Shown here: piece after piece, positions 18,728 to 28,603 of the stretch
Layout of the letters: each line of letters begins with the position of its first letter
How positions within the stretch are numbered: the first letter of the stretch is position 1
NCBI GenBank assembly: GCA_016860985.1
Contig: BOKM01000001.1
Coordinates: forward strand, 856,040 to 920,039
From: Patescibacteria group bacterium
Lineage (GTDB): Bacteria; Patescibacteriota; Dojkabacteria; GCA-002793355
DNA length: 64,000 bases
Direction: 5' to 3'
Program-made: the position numbers and the translations under genes
Notes under the pieces: generated by a model
Told to the model about the DNA's origin: nothing
Seen by the model: the letters and a program-made list of their open reading frames with translations, nothing else
Databases searched by the model: none

Positions 18728-19488
18728 TAGAAAAATTCAGCGATTTTAGGTAAGGTCTTTTTGAACACAACGTACCCTGCAAAAGTAAAGACAACGATGA
18801 CGGCAGATAGTACAAGTACAGAGACCAAATTCGGTGCATCAACAGATGGGAGTAATCCACTTCGAATAAGTGTGAGCAACGTAACCAACGGATTGAAGTT
18901 TTTGATTAAGTTTGCAATGTGAGGAGGGAGCTGTTCAAGTGAATAGAAGACTGGTGTTGCCCAGAAAATGAGTTGTAGGAGCAACTCGATAAGATGCTTT
19001 ATGTCGTGGTATTTAATACTAATAATACTTGTATAGAAAGCAATTCCTAGTAAGAACAAAGATAGTAGCAGAAATCCAATTATGAAATTGTACCAATGAG
19101 CCGAAAAAAGCGTCTCTTTAGAAGCAATTCTAAAAGAAAAGTATATTCCAAGATTTATTAAAAAGTTTACCATTGCGATAGCAATGGCACTAAGTACTAC
19201 TATCTCTCTCGGAAAATTAACCTTAAGAATTATGTGTGCTTTATTGAAGAGTGATTGCAGCCCAAAGTTCACGCCTTCGGTAAAGTAGCTCAACGTTAAA
19301 ATCCCGAGCAAAAGATACGAAGCATAGTTTTCAGTATTGCCAAAAAGAGAGGTCCAAATGGTGTGTAAGACGACGTAATACGAGAGTGGTTTAAGTATCA
19401 CCCACAAAAATCCAAGATATGAATGCTTGTAACGAAGCTTGAAATCAGTCACAAAGAACTCTCTGAGGAGGTCAGCGTAATTTCCCAT
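18727..19488 (-). CDS. wzm: Polysaccharide ABC exporter permease (Wzm/TagG-like)
   Basis: DFKLRYKHSYLGFLW..LKPL, KVNFPRE, FWATPVFY, NPL. Confidence 0.93.
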   Translation of the reverse strand: MGNYADLLREFFVTDFKLRYKHSYLGFLWVILKPLSYYVVLHTIWTSLFGNTENYASYLLLGILTLSYFTEGVNFGLQSLFNKAHIILKVNFPREIVVLSAIAIAMVNFLINLGIYFSFRIASKETLFSAHWYNFIIGFLLLSLFLLGIAFYTSIISIKYHDIKHLIELLLQLIFWATPVFYSLEQLPPHIANLIKNFNPLVTLLTLIRSGLLPSVDAPNLVSVLVLSAVIVVFTFAGYVVFKKTLPKIAEFF

Positions 19489-19551
19489 TATTCGATTGTA
19501 CTATACTTACATATTATTTATAATCGAACATAATTTTGGTGTGTGTAAGAA

Positions 19552-20469
19552 ATGTTTAACAAATATATCAATAAAGCAAAAAAATTTGCAATCGAAATGC
19601 TCCATGGTACCAAAACGATTCAATCTCGCTTGGAAAATCTAGAAAGGATGTTGGAGTTATTCAGAAACGAATACAAGTTCTCACCAAGAAATGTCTTTAT
19701 GATTAATGAAAATATTGGAATTACTAAAATTGAAACGGGACAGAAGCTCTTTATTGACCGAAATGACTTATCACTTGCCCCGCACTTGGTACTTGATGGC
19801 AGATGGGAACCCTCAGTAGCAAAATGGCTAATGGAAAACTATGACACTGCTTCAACATTTCTTGATGTAGGGGCAAACTTTGGATATTTCTCAATATATT
19901 TAGCATCTGTAACAGATAATACTCGCGGAGGTAAAGTAATTGCGATTGAGCCAAATCCGCATATGTCTGACCTCATTCGTAAAAGTGTTTCAATTAATGG
20001 ATTTGATAATCGAGTTAAAATAGTTGCGTGTGCTGTCGGCGATGAAAAGTGCGAACTACCTTTGTATGAATCAAAAGATGGTTTACTTGGGAGCACGACA
20101 CTTCGTAAGACTAATAGTTACATAAGACAAACTAAGTTGGTCGAAGTCGATACGCTAGATTCTATTATTGCAAATGAAAAAATTGAAAACATCGGACTAA
20201 TCAAAATGGATATTGAAGGATTTGAAGAAAAGGCATTCAAAGGAATGGCTAAATTAATTGCAAATAATAAATCACTTAAAATTTTGTTAGAGTTCTCTCC
20301 ATTACTATATGAAAAACCAATCATATTCTTTACAAAGATACTAGACAGTTTTACCTATATTGCGGTGCTTGATGAGGACGGAAAGGAAATACCAATTGAC
20401 AGATACGAGCAGATTGTAGAATATTCAAGACTTGGTCATTGTGACATTGTTATGTACAACAAATCATGA
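19552..20469 (+). CDS. FkbM family methyltransferase
   Basis: FLDVGANFGYFS, AIEPNP, TLDSI, LIKMDIEGFE. Confidence 0.93.
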   Translation: MFNKYINKAKKFAIEMLHGTKTIQSRLENLERMLELFRNEYKFSPRNVFMINENIGITKIETGQKLFIDRNDLSLAPHLVLDGRWEPSVAKWLMENYDTASTFLDVGANFGYFSIYLASVTDNTRGGKVIAIEPNPHMSDLIRKSVSINGFDNRVKIVACAVGDEKCELPLYESKDGLLGSTTLRKTNSYIRQTKLVEVDTLDSIIANEKIENIGLIKMDIEGFEEKAFKGMAKLIANNKSLKILLEFSPLLYEKPIIFFTKILDSFTYIAVLDEDGKEIPIDRYEQIVEYSRLGHCDIVMYNKS

Positions 20470-21317
20470 TCTACTTCTCGCATATCCCCAAAACTGCTGG
20501 AACAACACTCAGAAGTTTCATATCGCAGTTTTTCCCAGAAGATAGAATATTTTCAGCTCAATTATGGAATGAACTGGAAAATCCAGAAATGACTGATTGG
20601 AGTAAATATGATTTTGTTTCGGGACATTTTGGCCATGCTTTGACAACGTACCTACCAGATAATACTAAAACCATAACAATGCTCAGAGACCCAATTCAAA
20701 GGACTGTCTCGCAATATAATCATGTGGTCTCTGATCGCTATTTTGAACATAAAATTGGTAAAAGAAGAATTAAAGATATTGGAAATGGGGACATGAATTT
20801 AATGTTACAAGATGCTGAATGTGCTGACTATTTTTCAAATATCCAGCTCAAGTTCATTGCCCTTTCGTGTAAACCAGTTGAACGGGGTATGGTATCTTTC
20901 GGAAACTGGGAAGAAACAATTATAAATAACTCAAAGGCTCAACTGTTAGATTTGGCATTAAATAGAGTATCCAAATACTATTTCTTGGGTATTCAGGAAT
21001 TTTTTGAACAATCATATTTGTTACTAAGTTACAAAGAAGGGTTCCATCCATATTTTGATGGAGAAAGACGAATGGTGATGGAAAAAAAATTACAGTTTAA
21101 TAGCATTAAGGATGAACTGCTTGAAAAACTTTACGAAATAAACGACCTCGATTTGAAATTATATAGTTATTCTGTGGAAATTTTCAAAAAAGATTATAAC
21201 AATATGTGCGAAAAAATATGTAGTAGTTTAGGAGTTTCTATTCCTGATTTCAGTGATACCGCAAGTATAAAAGATTTATTAGTAAAGTATCAAAAGATTA
21301 ATAAGAATATCCAATGA
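20466..21317 (+). CDS. Sulfotransferase family protein
   Basis: FSHIPKTAGTT (5'-PSB), SGHF, TMLRDPIQRTVSQY (3'-PB), NDLDLKLY. Confidence 0.85.
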   Translation: MIYFSHIPKTAGTTLRSFISQFFPEDRIFSAQLWNELENPEMTDWSKYDFVSGHFGHALTTYLPDNTKTITMLRDPIQRTVSQYNHVVSDRYFEHKIGKRRIKDIGNGDMNLMLQDAECADYFSNIQLKFIALSCKPVERGMVSFGNWEETIINNSKAQLLDLALNRVSKYYFLGIQEFFEQSYLLLSYKEGFHPYFDGERRMVMEKKLQFNSIKDELLEKLYEINDLDLKLYSYSVEIFKKDYNNMCEKICSSLGVSIPDFSDTASIKDLLVKYQKINKNIQ

Positions 21318-21326
21318 CATGTGCCC

Positions 21327-21356
21327 TTGAACAATACCTGCTTTATACTCTATAAT
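21327..21356 (+). promoter_or_regulatory. Sigma70 promoter for the tRNA
   Basis: TTGAAC, 18 bp, TATAAT (21351-21356), 10 nt before the tRNA. Confidence 0.6.
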
Positions 21357-21366
21357 ACGAATTAGT

Positions 21367-21438
21367 CCAGAGGTAGCTCAATGGTAGAGCAGGAGACTGT
21401 AAATCTCTTGGTTAGGGGTTCAAGTCCCTTCCTCTGGA
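21367..21438 (+). tRNA. tRNA-Tyr(GTA), short variable loop, C1:G72/A73; CCA not encoded
   Basis: Acceptor CCAGAGG/CCTCTGG+A; D arm GCTC-AATGGTA-GAGC; anticodon arm GGAGA-CTGTAAA-TCTCT; variable TGGTT; T arm AGGGG-TTCAAGT-CCCTT; followed by a T-run. Confidence 0.96.
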
Positions 21439-21451
21439 TTTTTTTTATGCC

Positions 21452-22399
21452 CTACTCTCCCTTCCCTAAATTGCAGTCAAATGAGAGTGTCGCCTCAGTA
21501 ACGTTTGGAGGTGCCGTAAATTTGAACTTTGGTGGTATTTTGTCTGTATAGGCAATAGTTTGTCCTTTTGAGTCTCGAGCACGCACAGAAAATTTAACTT
21601 GCAGCCCTGTTAAATTTTTGATGTTTGTCGTCCTCGAGTTTAGGCTAAATGTCAGTAATGAGGATTTTTCCATCTCGCTCTTTAGTATTGTGGTACTTAC
21701 ACAGGGTTCAATTTGGCTCCCCGCAGCAGCGTGATAAGCACAACTCCGAACCAAATAATCGGTAATTCGTTCATCGCACGTTGCTGAAGTAATTGCACTG
21801 TTACCTGTAGGTTTGGTGACCGTTACTTTTAGGTTGACTCTATGCTTTGAAGATGCGGGATATGGTGTGGGTGTTGGCGTTGGCTTAACACCAAGGTTAC
21901 AGAAATAATTCAATACAAACGTTGCGGTCCCGTTTGCTGCTACGAACGGTCCCTGGATGTTCTGTTTTTTCGCAATCATTCTTCCGTTTAGATCGTAAGC
22001 TTGAATCGTATAATAGGCACGGTAATAAGAATCTCCAACATTATTCGCTATTTCGTCTCTGTCCCGATTGTCAACTCTGAAGTCTAGTACCATTGGTTCA
22101 AACTCATTGGTCCCTAATTGTATGGTTTTTGATGTAGAACCGATGATTCGTTTCCCAACTTCTTTATACACGTACGCAGTTACTTTATATTCCTTAACAG
22201 TGCCACATATTTCGGGTACTGAATTATCGATAATAAATGTTGTAGGAAGCGTAAATTTTGTAGTTGCTCTCCCAAATGCAGCATTCGGGTCAACATTAAA
22301 AAGTTGTGTGGTAACAAAATAACCAAGTACAAATACTGAAAGTAGCGCTGCTAGTGATACTACGATTTTCTTTACTGGGGAGGTGTTTTGTTTTTTCAT
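21452..22399 (-). CDS. Membrane-anchored exported protein with two internal repeats and a PT linker
   Basis: N-terminal TM; two ~125-aa units each ending in CNLG, separated by KPTPTPTP. Confidence 0.75.
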   Translation of the reverse strand: MKKQNTSPVKKIVVSLAALLSVFVLGYFVTTQLFNVDPNAAFGRATTKFTLPTTFIIDNSVPEICGTVKEYKVTAYVYKEVGKRIIGSTSKTIQLGTNEFEPMVLDFRVDNRDRDEIANNVGDSYYRAYYTIQAYDLNGRMIAKKQNIQGPFVAANGTATFVLNYFCNLGVKPTPTPTPYPASSKHRVNLKVTVTKPTGNSAITSATCDERITDYLVRSCAYHAAAGSQIEPCVSTTILKSEMEKSSLLTFSLNSRTTNIKNLTGLQVKFSVRARDSKGQTIAYTDKIPPKFKFTAPPNVTEATLSFDCNLGKGE

Positions 22400-22437
22400 A
22401 CATCACTATATGACAAAGGAATTATGAATACAATAAT

Positions 22438-24258
22438 TTATTGCTTATTGAGTGAAGAAATAGCGCGAAGAGCGATATCCTTCGAAGTCGCGAAATCCAA
22501 AGGACCTATTAATTCTTCTGGGCAGGCTTCTCGTACCACATCTGGTATATCTTTATATTCTCGATATATTCTATTTTTTGGTAGGACAATTCCTAGTGCG
22601 CGCATGTCAATTTCATCTTGTGCATTTACCGCATCCAATCGGAAGAGCGTTAATTCCCTTCCATCTTTTGCAAACGCGCGGAACAGTACTCCTCTAAAAC
22701 TACTAGTTTCAATCTGTACCGAAATTAGTCGTAGGTTAGTTTCTAATCGCTCATCTTCTGCGTATTCAATAGCTCGAATAGTTTCTGATGGAGAAAGAAA
22801 GCCTTTCTTTTCACAGCGGACAAATATCGATCGCGTTTTATATTCTTCAGTTGTTCTTGCTCGTTGCGAAGCGGCTCCAACAGTTATAGTATTACTTCCC
22901 CAATCCTTGTGAACAGTAAACCCTGAGCGAAATTTTTCTACGATTGCCCATGTGGTACCACCATTCGTGTCGCCAATTCCATATGAAAGGAGCCGCCCCC
23001 ACGTAAGCTTTTCTGAAGTCCTTCCCCTAATATCATCTGATAAATATATCGAATAGATACTTCGGTGATGCAGTAAATCAAGTGTAGAAAGAAGTAGGTG
23101 TGCACTTTCAGTAAAATCAACTCTTCCGCTTTCTTGGGGAGATAATCCGTTCGCATTTTCCATTGCGACTCTTACTGATGCAACATCTGGTGTCTGTTCA
23201 ATTTTTACTCCGCGTTGCGCGAGTAACGCTAATCCTTGTGAAATGGCGGGATCTTCTTGTTCTACAAAGGCGGGAATGGGAAGGTCCTTTTTTATAAATT
23301 CTATAAGGTGTTTGGCACCTTCCACCGGCGATTCTCTGTATCTTCGTAGGTAAACAAATACATCCGATTCAAAGCCTTGAGCTATCGTACCTGGTGAAGC
23401 GACCATGGTAGGATTCCTATCTGGTGCGATTTGTGGTCCAACGGGACTTGCCCACAAGTTCGGGAGCATTTGTCGTAGTCTTTTTGTTGGTGATGATGCG
23501 GTCGCAGGCATATCTGGGGCTTCGGGCGAAGTAATCGGTGCCCGTGGTTGTTGATACCCGTGAATGTCGGGGTGCAGCATGCCATTGGAAGATGTGTCCA
23601 TCCACGCGTAACGCACCGCTTTTTGATCTTGTTGGTTTTGAGCGTAGATTATTGTGTCATAAGCCAATCGGGTGTCAGCAGGTGCTGATTTATCTTTTGC
23701 TCTGGGGGCTGTCTTGGCCTTTATAAAAATTGTGGGAACATCAGTACCCTCTTTGGGTGGAGTCCTTTGGATAAGTAGCCCAACTTTTTGAATGGAATAA
23801 TCGGGGTACCACTCTCCCACCTTCAAATCTGGATAAAAATCTGTTGGTGAGTCATCTCTTTTTTGCTTCAGTTGATAGGGTTTTATAACGATGGTAACAG
23901 AAAAATGCCCATAATCTACTGTGCTGCATCGGGCACGGTACTCCGTAAGCGGTGTGCGATGCGCAGGAGAAATCATAGTCGATTCTGGATATTCGTCTCT
24001 GTCCATATCGTAAATCCTTTTATTCTCTGCCTTTGGGTTAAAAACTTTCCATTTTGAGGTCGGAATAAGAGTATCGTCCTGTCCCAATGTTTCTGTAGTT
24101 GCTTCGAGTCCAAAATCGGCTGGCGGAAATCCAAATTCTTCGAGCACTCTACGTGCTTTATCGGTCACTTGCACCAGTGCAACCGTTTCTGCTTGTTCGT
24201 TGCGAACCACTTTCTTTTCTACTGGTTCAGGTCTAGCCGATGTTTTCCACAACTGCAT
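22438..24258 (-). CDS. Hypothetical protein (606 aa)
   Basis: Long ORF 15 nt downstream of eno; no recognised motif; central Pro-rich segment. Confidence 0.7.
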   Translation of the reverse strand: MQLWKTSARPEPVEKKVVRNEQAETVALVQVTDKARRVLEEFGFPPADFGLEATTETLGQDDTLIPTSKWKVFNPKAENKRIYDMDRDEYPESTMISPAHRTPLTEYRARCSTVDYGHFSVTIVIKPYQLKQKRDDSPTDFYPDLKVGEWYPDYSIQKVGLLIQRTPPKEGTDVPTIFIKAKTAPRAKDKSAPADTRLAYDTIIYAQNQQDQKAVRYAWMDTSSNGMLHPDIHGYQQPRAPITSPEAPDMPATASSPTKRLRQMLPNLWASPVGPQIAPDRNPTMVASPGTIAQGFESDVFVYLRRYRESPVEGAKHLIEFIKKDLPIPAFVEQEDPAISQGLALLAQRGVKIEQTPDVASVRVAMENANGLSPQESGRVDFTESAHLLLSTLDLLHHRSIYSIYLSDDIRGRTSEKLTWGRLLSYGIGDTNGGTTWAIVEKFRSGFTVHKDWGSNTITVGAASQRARTTEEYKTRSIFVRCEKKGFLSPSETIRAIEYAEDERLETNLRLISVQIETSSFRGVLFRAFAKDGRELTLFRLDAVNAQDEIDMRALGIVLPKNRIYREYKDIPDVVREACPEELIGPLDFATSKDIALRAISSLNKQ

Positions 24259-24273
24259 GTTTTTTAGGAAAGG

Positions 24274-25533
24274 TTAGTTCTGTTGCAACTCTCGTTCAAT
24301 CTCCATCAATCTGTTGTATTTACTGACACGTTCGCCTCGAGTTGGACCCACTTTAACATAAGCACTGCCAACTGCAACCGCAAGGTCGGAAATGAAGTGA
24401 TCATTTGTTTCTCCACCTCCTCGATGTGAGGTAATGGTTATTAGGCCATGCTCATTTGCTATTTTGCAACATGCAACTGTTTCTGAAAGTGTGCCAATTT
24501 GGTTTGGTTTGATAATGATTCCTGTAATGGCGTCGAGTTCAATTGCCTTTCTGAGTCTCGAAATATTGGTAACAGTTAGGTCATCTCCGATATGCTTAAT
24601 CCCCTTCTCCTTCAAAAGCTTATTCAAGGCAACCCAGTTATCCCAGTCATCTTCTGCTAGCAAGTCTTCTAATGACACAAATGGATATTTGTCTAAAAGT
24701 TCTGAGTAGTAGTTGATTAACTCTTCACCAGTAAACTGTCGGCCTTCTAGTTTAAGCTCATAGTTCCCATTAAAGAATTCACTCGCAGCGGCATCTACTG
24801 AAATTCCAAGTTCTTTTCCAGGAGTAAAACCGGCTTTTGTGATTGCCTGCACAATGTATTCAAACGGTGCTTCGTTGGTTGGTATGCCGTTTGGTGCAAA
24901 TGCTCCTTCGTTGCCAACGTTTGTGGAAAGCTTGCTCGCTTTTAGAATTTTTTTAAGTTGATGGTAGGTTTCAAGTGCTTTCCGTATGTTTTCGGTGACA
25001 CTCCCCCCTTCTTTCGCGGTAATACAAAATTCTTGAAAATCGGTTGTTTCGTCTGCATGCTTTCCTCCTTCTATCACTACAACCATTGGCTGAGGTAGTT
25101 TGGTTAAATCAGTAATTAGCCCGTAGGTCTGCATAATGTACTTATAAAGAGGCATTCTGTTTGCGTTTGCTACTGCTCTTGCAACTGCAAGTGATACTGC
25201 GAGTATTGCATTCCCGCCCAATCGTGCTTTATTGACTGTACCATCTAGCCGAATCATCGCTGTGTCAATTTCTACCTGATTCTCGGCTGGAATATTTGTA
25301 ATTGTGGGGAGAATCTCGTTGAGAATATTTGAAATTACTGTTAAGTTTCCTTGTCCATTCCAACGTGACATATCTCCGTCTGTGAGAACGGTAGCTTCAT
25401 GGGTACCAGCAGAAGCCCCGTAAGGAACCGATGCAACACCAACAGAACCAGTATCTAGTGTCACTTTTACCTCAACTGTTGGATACCCGCCAGAAGCAAG
25501 AATTTCGTAAGCAATTAGTTTTGCAATTTTCAT
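24274..25533 (-). CDS. eno: Enolase
   Basis: PTVEV, VPYGASAGTHEA, LGGNAILAVS, GGKHAD, VGNEGAFAP, DAAASEF, GDDLTVTN, KPNQIGTL, SHRGG; likely start MKIAKL at 25533. Confidence 0.97.
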   Translation of the reverse strand: MKIAKLIAYEILASGGYPTVEVKVTLDTGSVGVASVPYGASAGTHEATVLTDGDMSRWNGQGNLTVISNILNEILPTITNIPAENQVEIDTAMIRLDGTVNKARLGGNAILAVSLAVARAVANANRMPLYKYIMQTYGLITDLTKLPQPMVVVIEGGKHADETTDFQEFCITAKEGGSVTENIRKALETYHQLKKILKASKLSTNVGNEGAFAPNGIPTNEAPFEYIVQAITKAGFTPGKELGISVDAAASEFFNGNYELKLEGRQFTGEELINYYSELLDKYPFVSLEDLLAEDDWDNWVALNKLLKEKGIKHIGDDLTVTNISRLRKAIELDAITGIIIKPNQIGTLSETVACCKIANEHGLITITSHRGGGETNDHFISDLAVAVGSAYVKVGPTRGERVSKYNRLMEIERELQQN

Positions 25534-25637
25534 GTGAAGCAGCGTGATATTACTACTACAGTGTAACAAATTGTTGGCAACACAACAAATCAGGAGATGC
25601 ACATTCTCAATGAAGCAGTTATTTGCTATACTGCCTC

Positions 25638-28592
25638 GTGGATACTGCCTTGTTATCTTTAGGAGTTGGTTTTGCAAATTTGTGTATTGGTGTCATTGTC
25701 CTTATTAGAGGAAATGGTGTGAAACTTGCCCGAGACTTCTTCGTACTTTCTTTTTTGTGTGGTTTATGGGCAGCATTTGATTACCTCTCTGCCTCATCGA
25801 ACTCCGCATATTTCGCTTGGTACTACGGAGGTTTTAGAACTGTTATGTCCTATGTTGCAGTCGTCTACTTATTAAAATTTGTGTTTCAGTATGTTGGCAA
25901 ATATTCTTCCATAGCAAAAGGTGTAGTTGGGCTTTTGCTTTTTATTTCTCTGGGGCTCTCCTATATCCGCTTTTTTACTCCATTACTAGTTCTTGAAATG
26001 ATTTATCGTAATGGGGAGTTTAGGATAATGCCGGGGCCACTTTATTTCGGTCCAGTTTCGGTAATGTTTGCACTCGCAATTATTTCTGGCTACTTCTTGT
26101 GGAGATACTACAAGGGACTTCAAACACATGAATCAAAAACAAAGGTTGGAATTATGTTGTTTGGCTCTTTTACCTCTATTATTATTGCGATAATCGCGTA
26201 TGGAGTATTACCATTATTTGGGATTGGTGGTACCAGCATTGGTGTCGGAGCAATGGGATTATTTCCCCTGTTTGTTGGATTATCAATACTTAGGTACGAC
26301 CTAGATACAAACCTATCGTTTACTGCCGGAAGTCTACGTTCAAAAATATTTTCTGCTGCAATGGCAGCAACTTTCTTTGTAATTATTCCTTCACTTATAC
26401 TTTTGAATGTAATTTTTGTACGAGATATTACTGTTCGAGGCAGTTTTCAGCTGAACGAAGATGTCATCGAAAAACGCGCTGTCATCAGTAATTATCTCAG
26501 TGACATTACGGCACGAGCACAAACTTTAGCGCAATCAGAAACGGATGAAATGACTAGTGAGCGTTTGCAGCATGAAATAGAAGAAAGTAAAGGTACCACG
26601 AGCGAGATCCTTACACTGTCTATTATAGATTCTTCCGGAAGTTCAATCGTTTCCGCCTATCCGCACAGCAGGGAATTAGAATCGTGGGTCGGTGACTTAT
26701 CATTAAAATCCGCTCAGTTACTTGGGGCTTACAATAGTGGAACTTCGATGATGCCTGTGGTTGCTGCTCCAATTCCATCTGGCGTTTATGCGGGGTACTA
26801 TTTTTTGGTTGGATTTGCGCCAACTGATTTCTATAGCGCAACTACGGAAGAGGCAATGTCATTGTTTAACACCTCTAAAGCGTACGTACTGGATAAACAG
26901 GGAGTACTAGTGACTCCTTATGGGAGTTATACGTCATTTATTGGCAGTAGTCAGAATGCTCCTACCAGGCATGTATCGTGCGAAGAACCTCTTAGCTCCG
27001 GGAGTTTCACTTTTTCGAAATATTTAGATGTAAGAGGTATTCCTGTAGTTGGGACCGGCGTACCGATTGCAAACAACGGTTGGTGTCTTATGGTTGAAGT
27101 AGATAAAGAAGAGATTGAAGCTACAAGTAGAACGATGATTGTCTCCACAATGGCGATTGGAATGTTAAGTGTTATTTTTGTAACTCTTGTAGCCGAATTA
27201 CTTGGAGCACTAATATCAAAACCAATCGGGCAGGTTAAAGAAGGTGTTGCAAGAATTATGTCAGGAGATTTTTCTACTCCTGTTGCTGTTGACACGCAAG
27301 ACGAGATTGGGGAACTTTCGCGTGCTTTTGACGAAATGACTGTAGAACTAAAAGATGCGCAAGAGAATATCACCGCAAAAGTTAGGTCGCAAACGCAAGA
27401 TCTTGAAGCGCAGCGAAGTGATTTGCTTAAACAGCAAAAGCAGATGATTTCTCTCCTCTCTGAATTAGAAGATGAAAAAGAAAGAACGGACATATTAGCG
27501 CGTGACCTAGAGAAATTTAAACAAGCTGCTGATGCTGCAAACGATCATATTGTAATCACTGACACAGAAGGTCGTATCATTTACGCAAATAAATCGGTTA
27601 AACGAATCACTGGTTTTGATCCAGAAGAAATACTTGGGCAAAAAGCAGGAAGTCGAGAGAACTGGGGCGGTCAAATGCCTTTAGCGTTTTACAAAAAGCT
27701 TTGGAAGACGATCAAAGTTGATAAGAAGCCGTTTAAGGGAGAAGTTACAAATAAGAAGAAAAATGGAATGTTGTATACTGTAGTTGCTTCAATTTCTCCT
27801 GTTAAGGACAATAAAGGTAACGTACTGTTCTTTATCGGTTTAGAACGAGATATTTCTAAAGAGAAGGAGATTGACAGAGCAAAGAGCGAGTTTGTTTCAT
27901 TGGCTTCTCATCAATTAAGAACGCCACTTTCGGCAATTAATTGGTATGCAGAGATGCTTATCGACGGAGATGCTGGAAAATTAAACAAAGAACAACAACA
28001 GTACGTCAAAGAAATTTATGATGGAAACCGTAGAATGGTCGATTTGGTAACGGCGCTTCTGAATGTTTCTCGGCTTGAACTTGGAACCTTTATGGTAGAG
28101 CCAACACTACAATCATTGCAAGATCTAGCCACTCAAGCGCTTAAAGAAATGGAACCAATGCGAAAGGCAAAGCAGATTAAGATTCACCAGCAATTTGATA
28201 AATGCGAGCCGCTCATGGTGGACAAAAAGCTTATGTATATAATCTTCCAGAATCTGATTTCGAATGCACTGAAATATACTCCTCAAAAAGGTGAAGTCAC
28301 AGTCTCGATACAAAAGAAATCAAAGTATATCAACATTAAAGTAGCTGATAATGGTATGGGAATTCCCAAAGAAGAGCTGCCAAAATTGTTCGAAAAGTTG
28401 TATCGAGCAAGTAACGCAAAAGAAAGTGCAACAGAAGGAACAGGACTTGGTTTGTACATTGTAAAAGCCATACTTGACGCAACCGAAGGGAAAATCGAAG
28501 TCGATTCTACCATTGGTAAAGGTTCTGTGTTTACAGTTAAAATTCCCTTGTCAGGAATGAAGCCAAAACTTGGTTCAAAGAAGCTAACTTAA
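25638..28592 (+). CDS. Multi-sensor histidine kinase (7TM N-terminus, extracytoplasmic Cache-like domain, HAMP, PAS, HisKA, HATPase)
   Basis: DEIGELSRAFDEM (HAMP), ITDTEGRIIYAN (PAS), SLASHQLRTPL (H-box), NLISNALKYT, DNGMGIP, GTGLGL; GTG 25638 follows TGCTATACT by 5 nt. Confidence 0.95.
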   Translation: MDTALLSLGVGFANLCIGVIVLIRGNGVKLARDFFVLSFLCGLWAAFDYLSASSNSAYFAWYYGGFRTVMSYVAVVYLLKFVFQYVGKYSSIAKGVVGLLLFISLGLSYIRFFTPLLVLEMIYRNGEFRIMPGPLYFGPVSVMFALAIISGYFLWRYYKGLQTHESKTKVGIMLFGSFTSIIIAIIAYGVLPLFGIGGTSIGVGAMGLFPLFVGLSILRYDLDTNLSFTAGSLRSKIFSAAMAATFFVIIPSLILLNVIFVRDITVRGSFQLNEDVIEKRAVISNYLSDITARAQTLAQSETDEMTSERLQHEIEESKGTTSEILTLSIIDSSGSSIVSAYPHSRELESWVGDLSLKSAQLLGAYNSGTSMMPVVAAPIPSGVYAGYYFLVGFAPTDFYSATTEEAMSLFNTSKAYVLDKQGVLVTPYGSYTSFIGSSQNAPTRHVSCEEPLSSGSFTFSKYLDVRGIPVVGTGVPIANNGWCLMVEVDKEEIEATSRTMIVSTMAIGMLSVIFVTLVAELLGALISKPIGQVKEGVARIMSGDFSTPVAVDTQDEIGELSRAFDEMTVELKDAQENITAKVRSQTQDLEAQRSDLLKQQKQMISLLSELEDEKERTDILARDLEKFKQAADAANDHIVITDTEGRIIYANKSVKRITGFDPEEILGQKAGSRENWGGQMPLAFYKKLWKTIKVDKKPFKGEVTNKKKNGMLYTVVASISPVKDNKGNVLFFIGLERDISKEKEIDRAKSEFVSLASHQLRTPLSAINWYAEMLIDGDAGKLNKEQQQYVKEIYDGNRRMVDLVTALLNVSRLELGTFMVEPTLQSLQDLATQALKEMEPMRKAKQIKIHQQFDKCEPLMVDKKLMYIIFQNLISNALKYTPQKGEVTVSIQKKSKYINIKVADNGMGIPKEELPKLFEKLYRASNAKESATEGTGLGLYIVKAILDATEGKIEVDSTIGKGSVFTVKIPLSGMKPKLGSKKLT

Positions 28593-28603
28593 TAATTTTG
28601 TAA

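Noticed and set aside
16677..24258. tRNA-anchored genomic island
   Set aside because: No integrase and no duplicated tRNA 3' end seen; the AT-rich genes lie on the 5' side of the tRNA
22438..25533. eno TAA followed in frame, five codons later, by the 606-aa ORF (similar in-frame junctions at 1614/1595 and 9864/9886)
   Set aside because: Upstream proteins are complete, downstream ORFs have their own ATG, and in-frame spacing is expected one time in three
25534..25637. TGAAGCAG direct repeat between eno and the kinase
   Set aside because: Only two 8-mers about 75 nt apart; not distinguishable from chance
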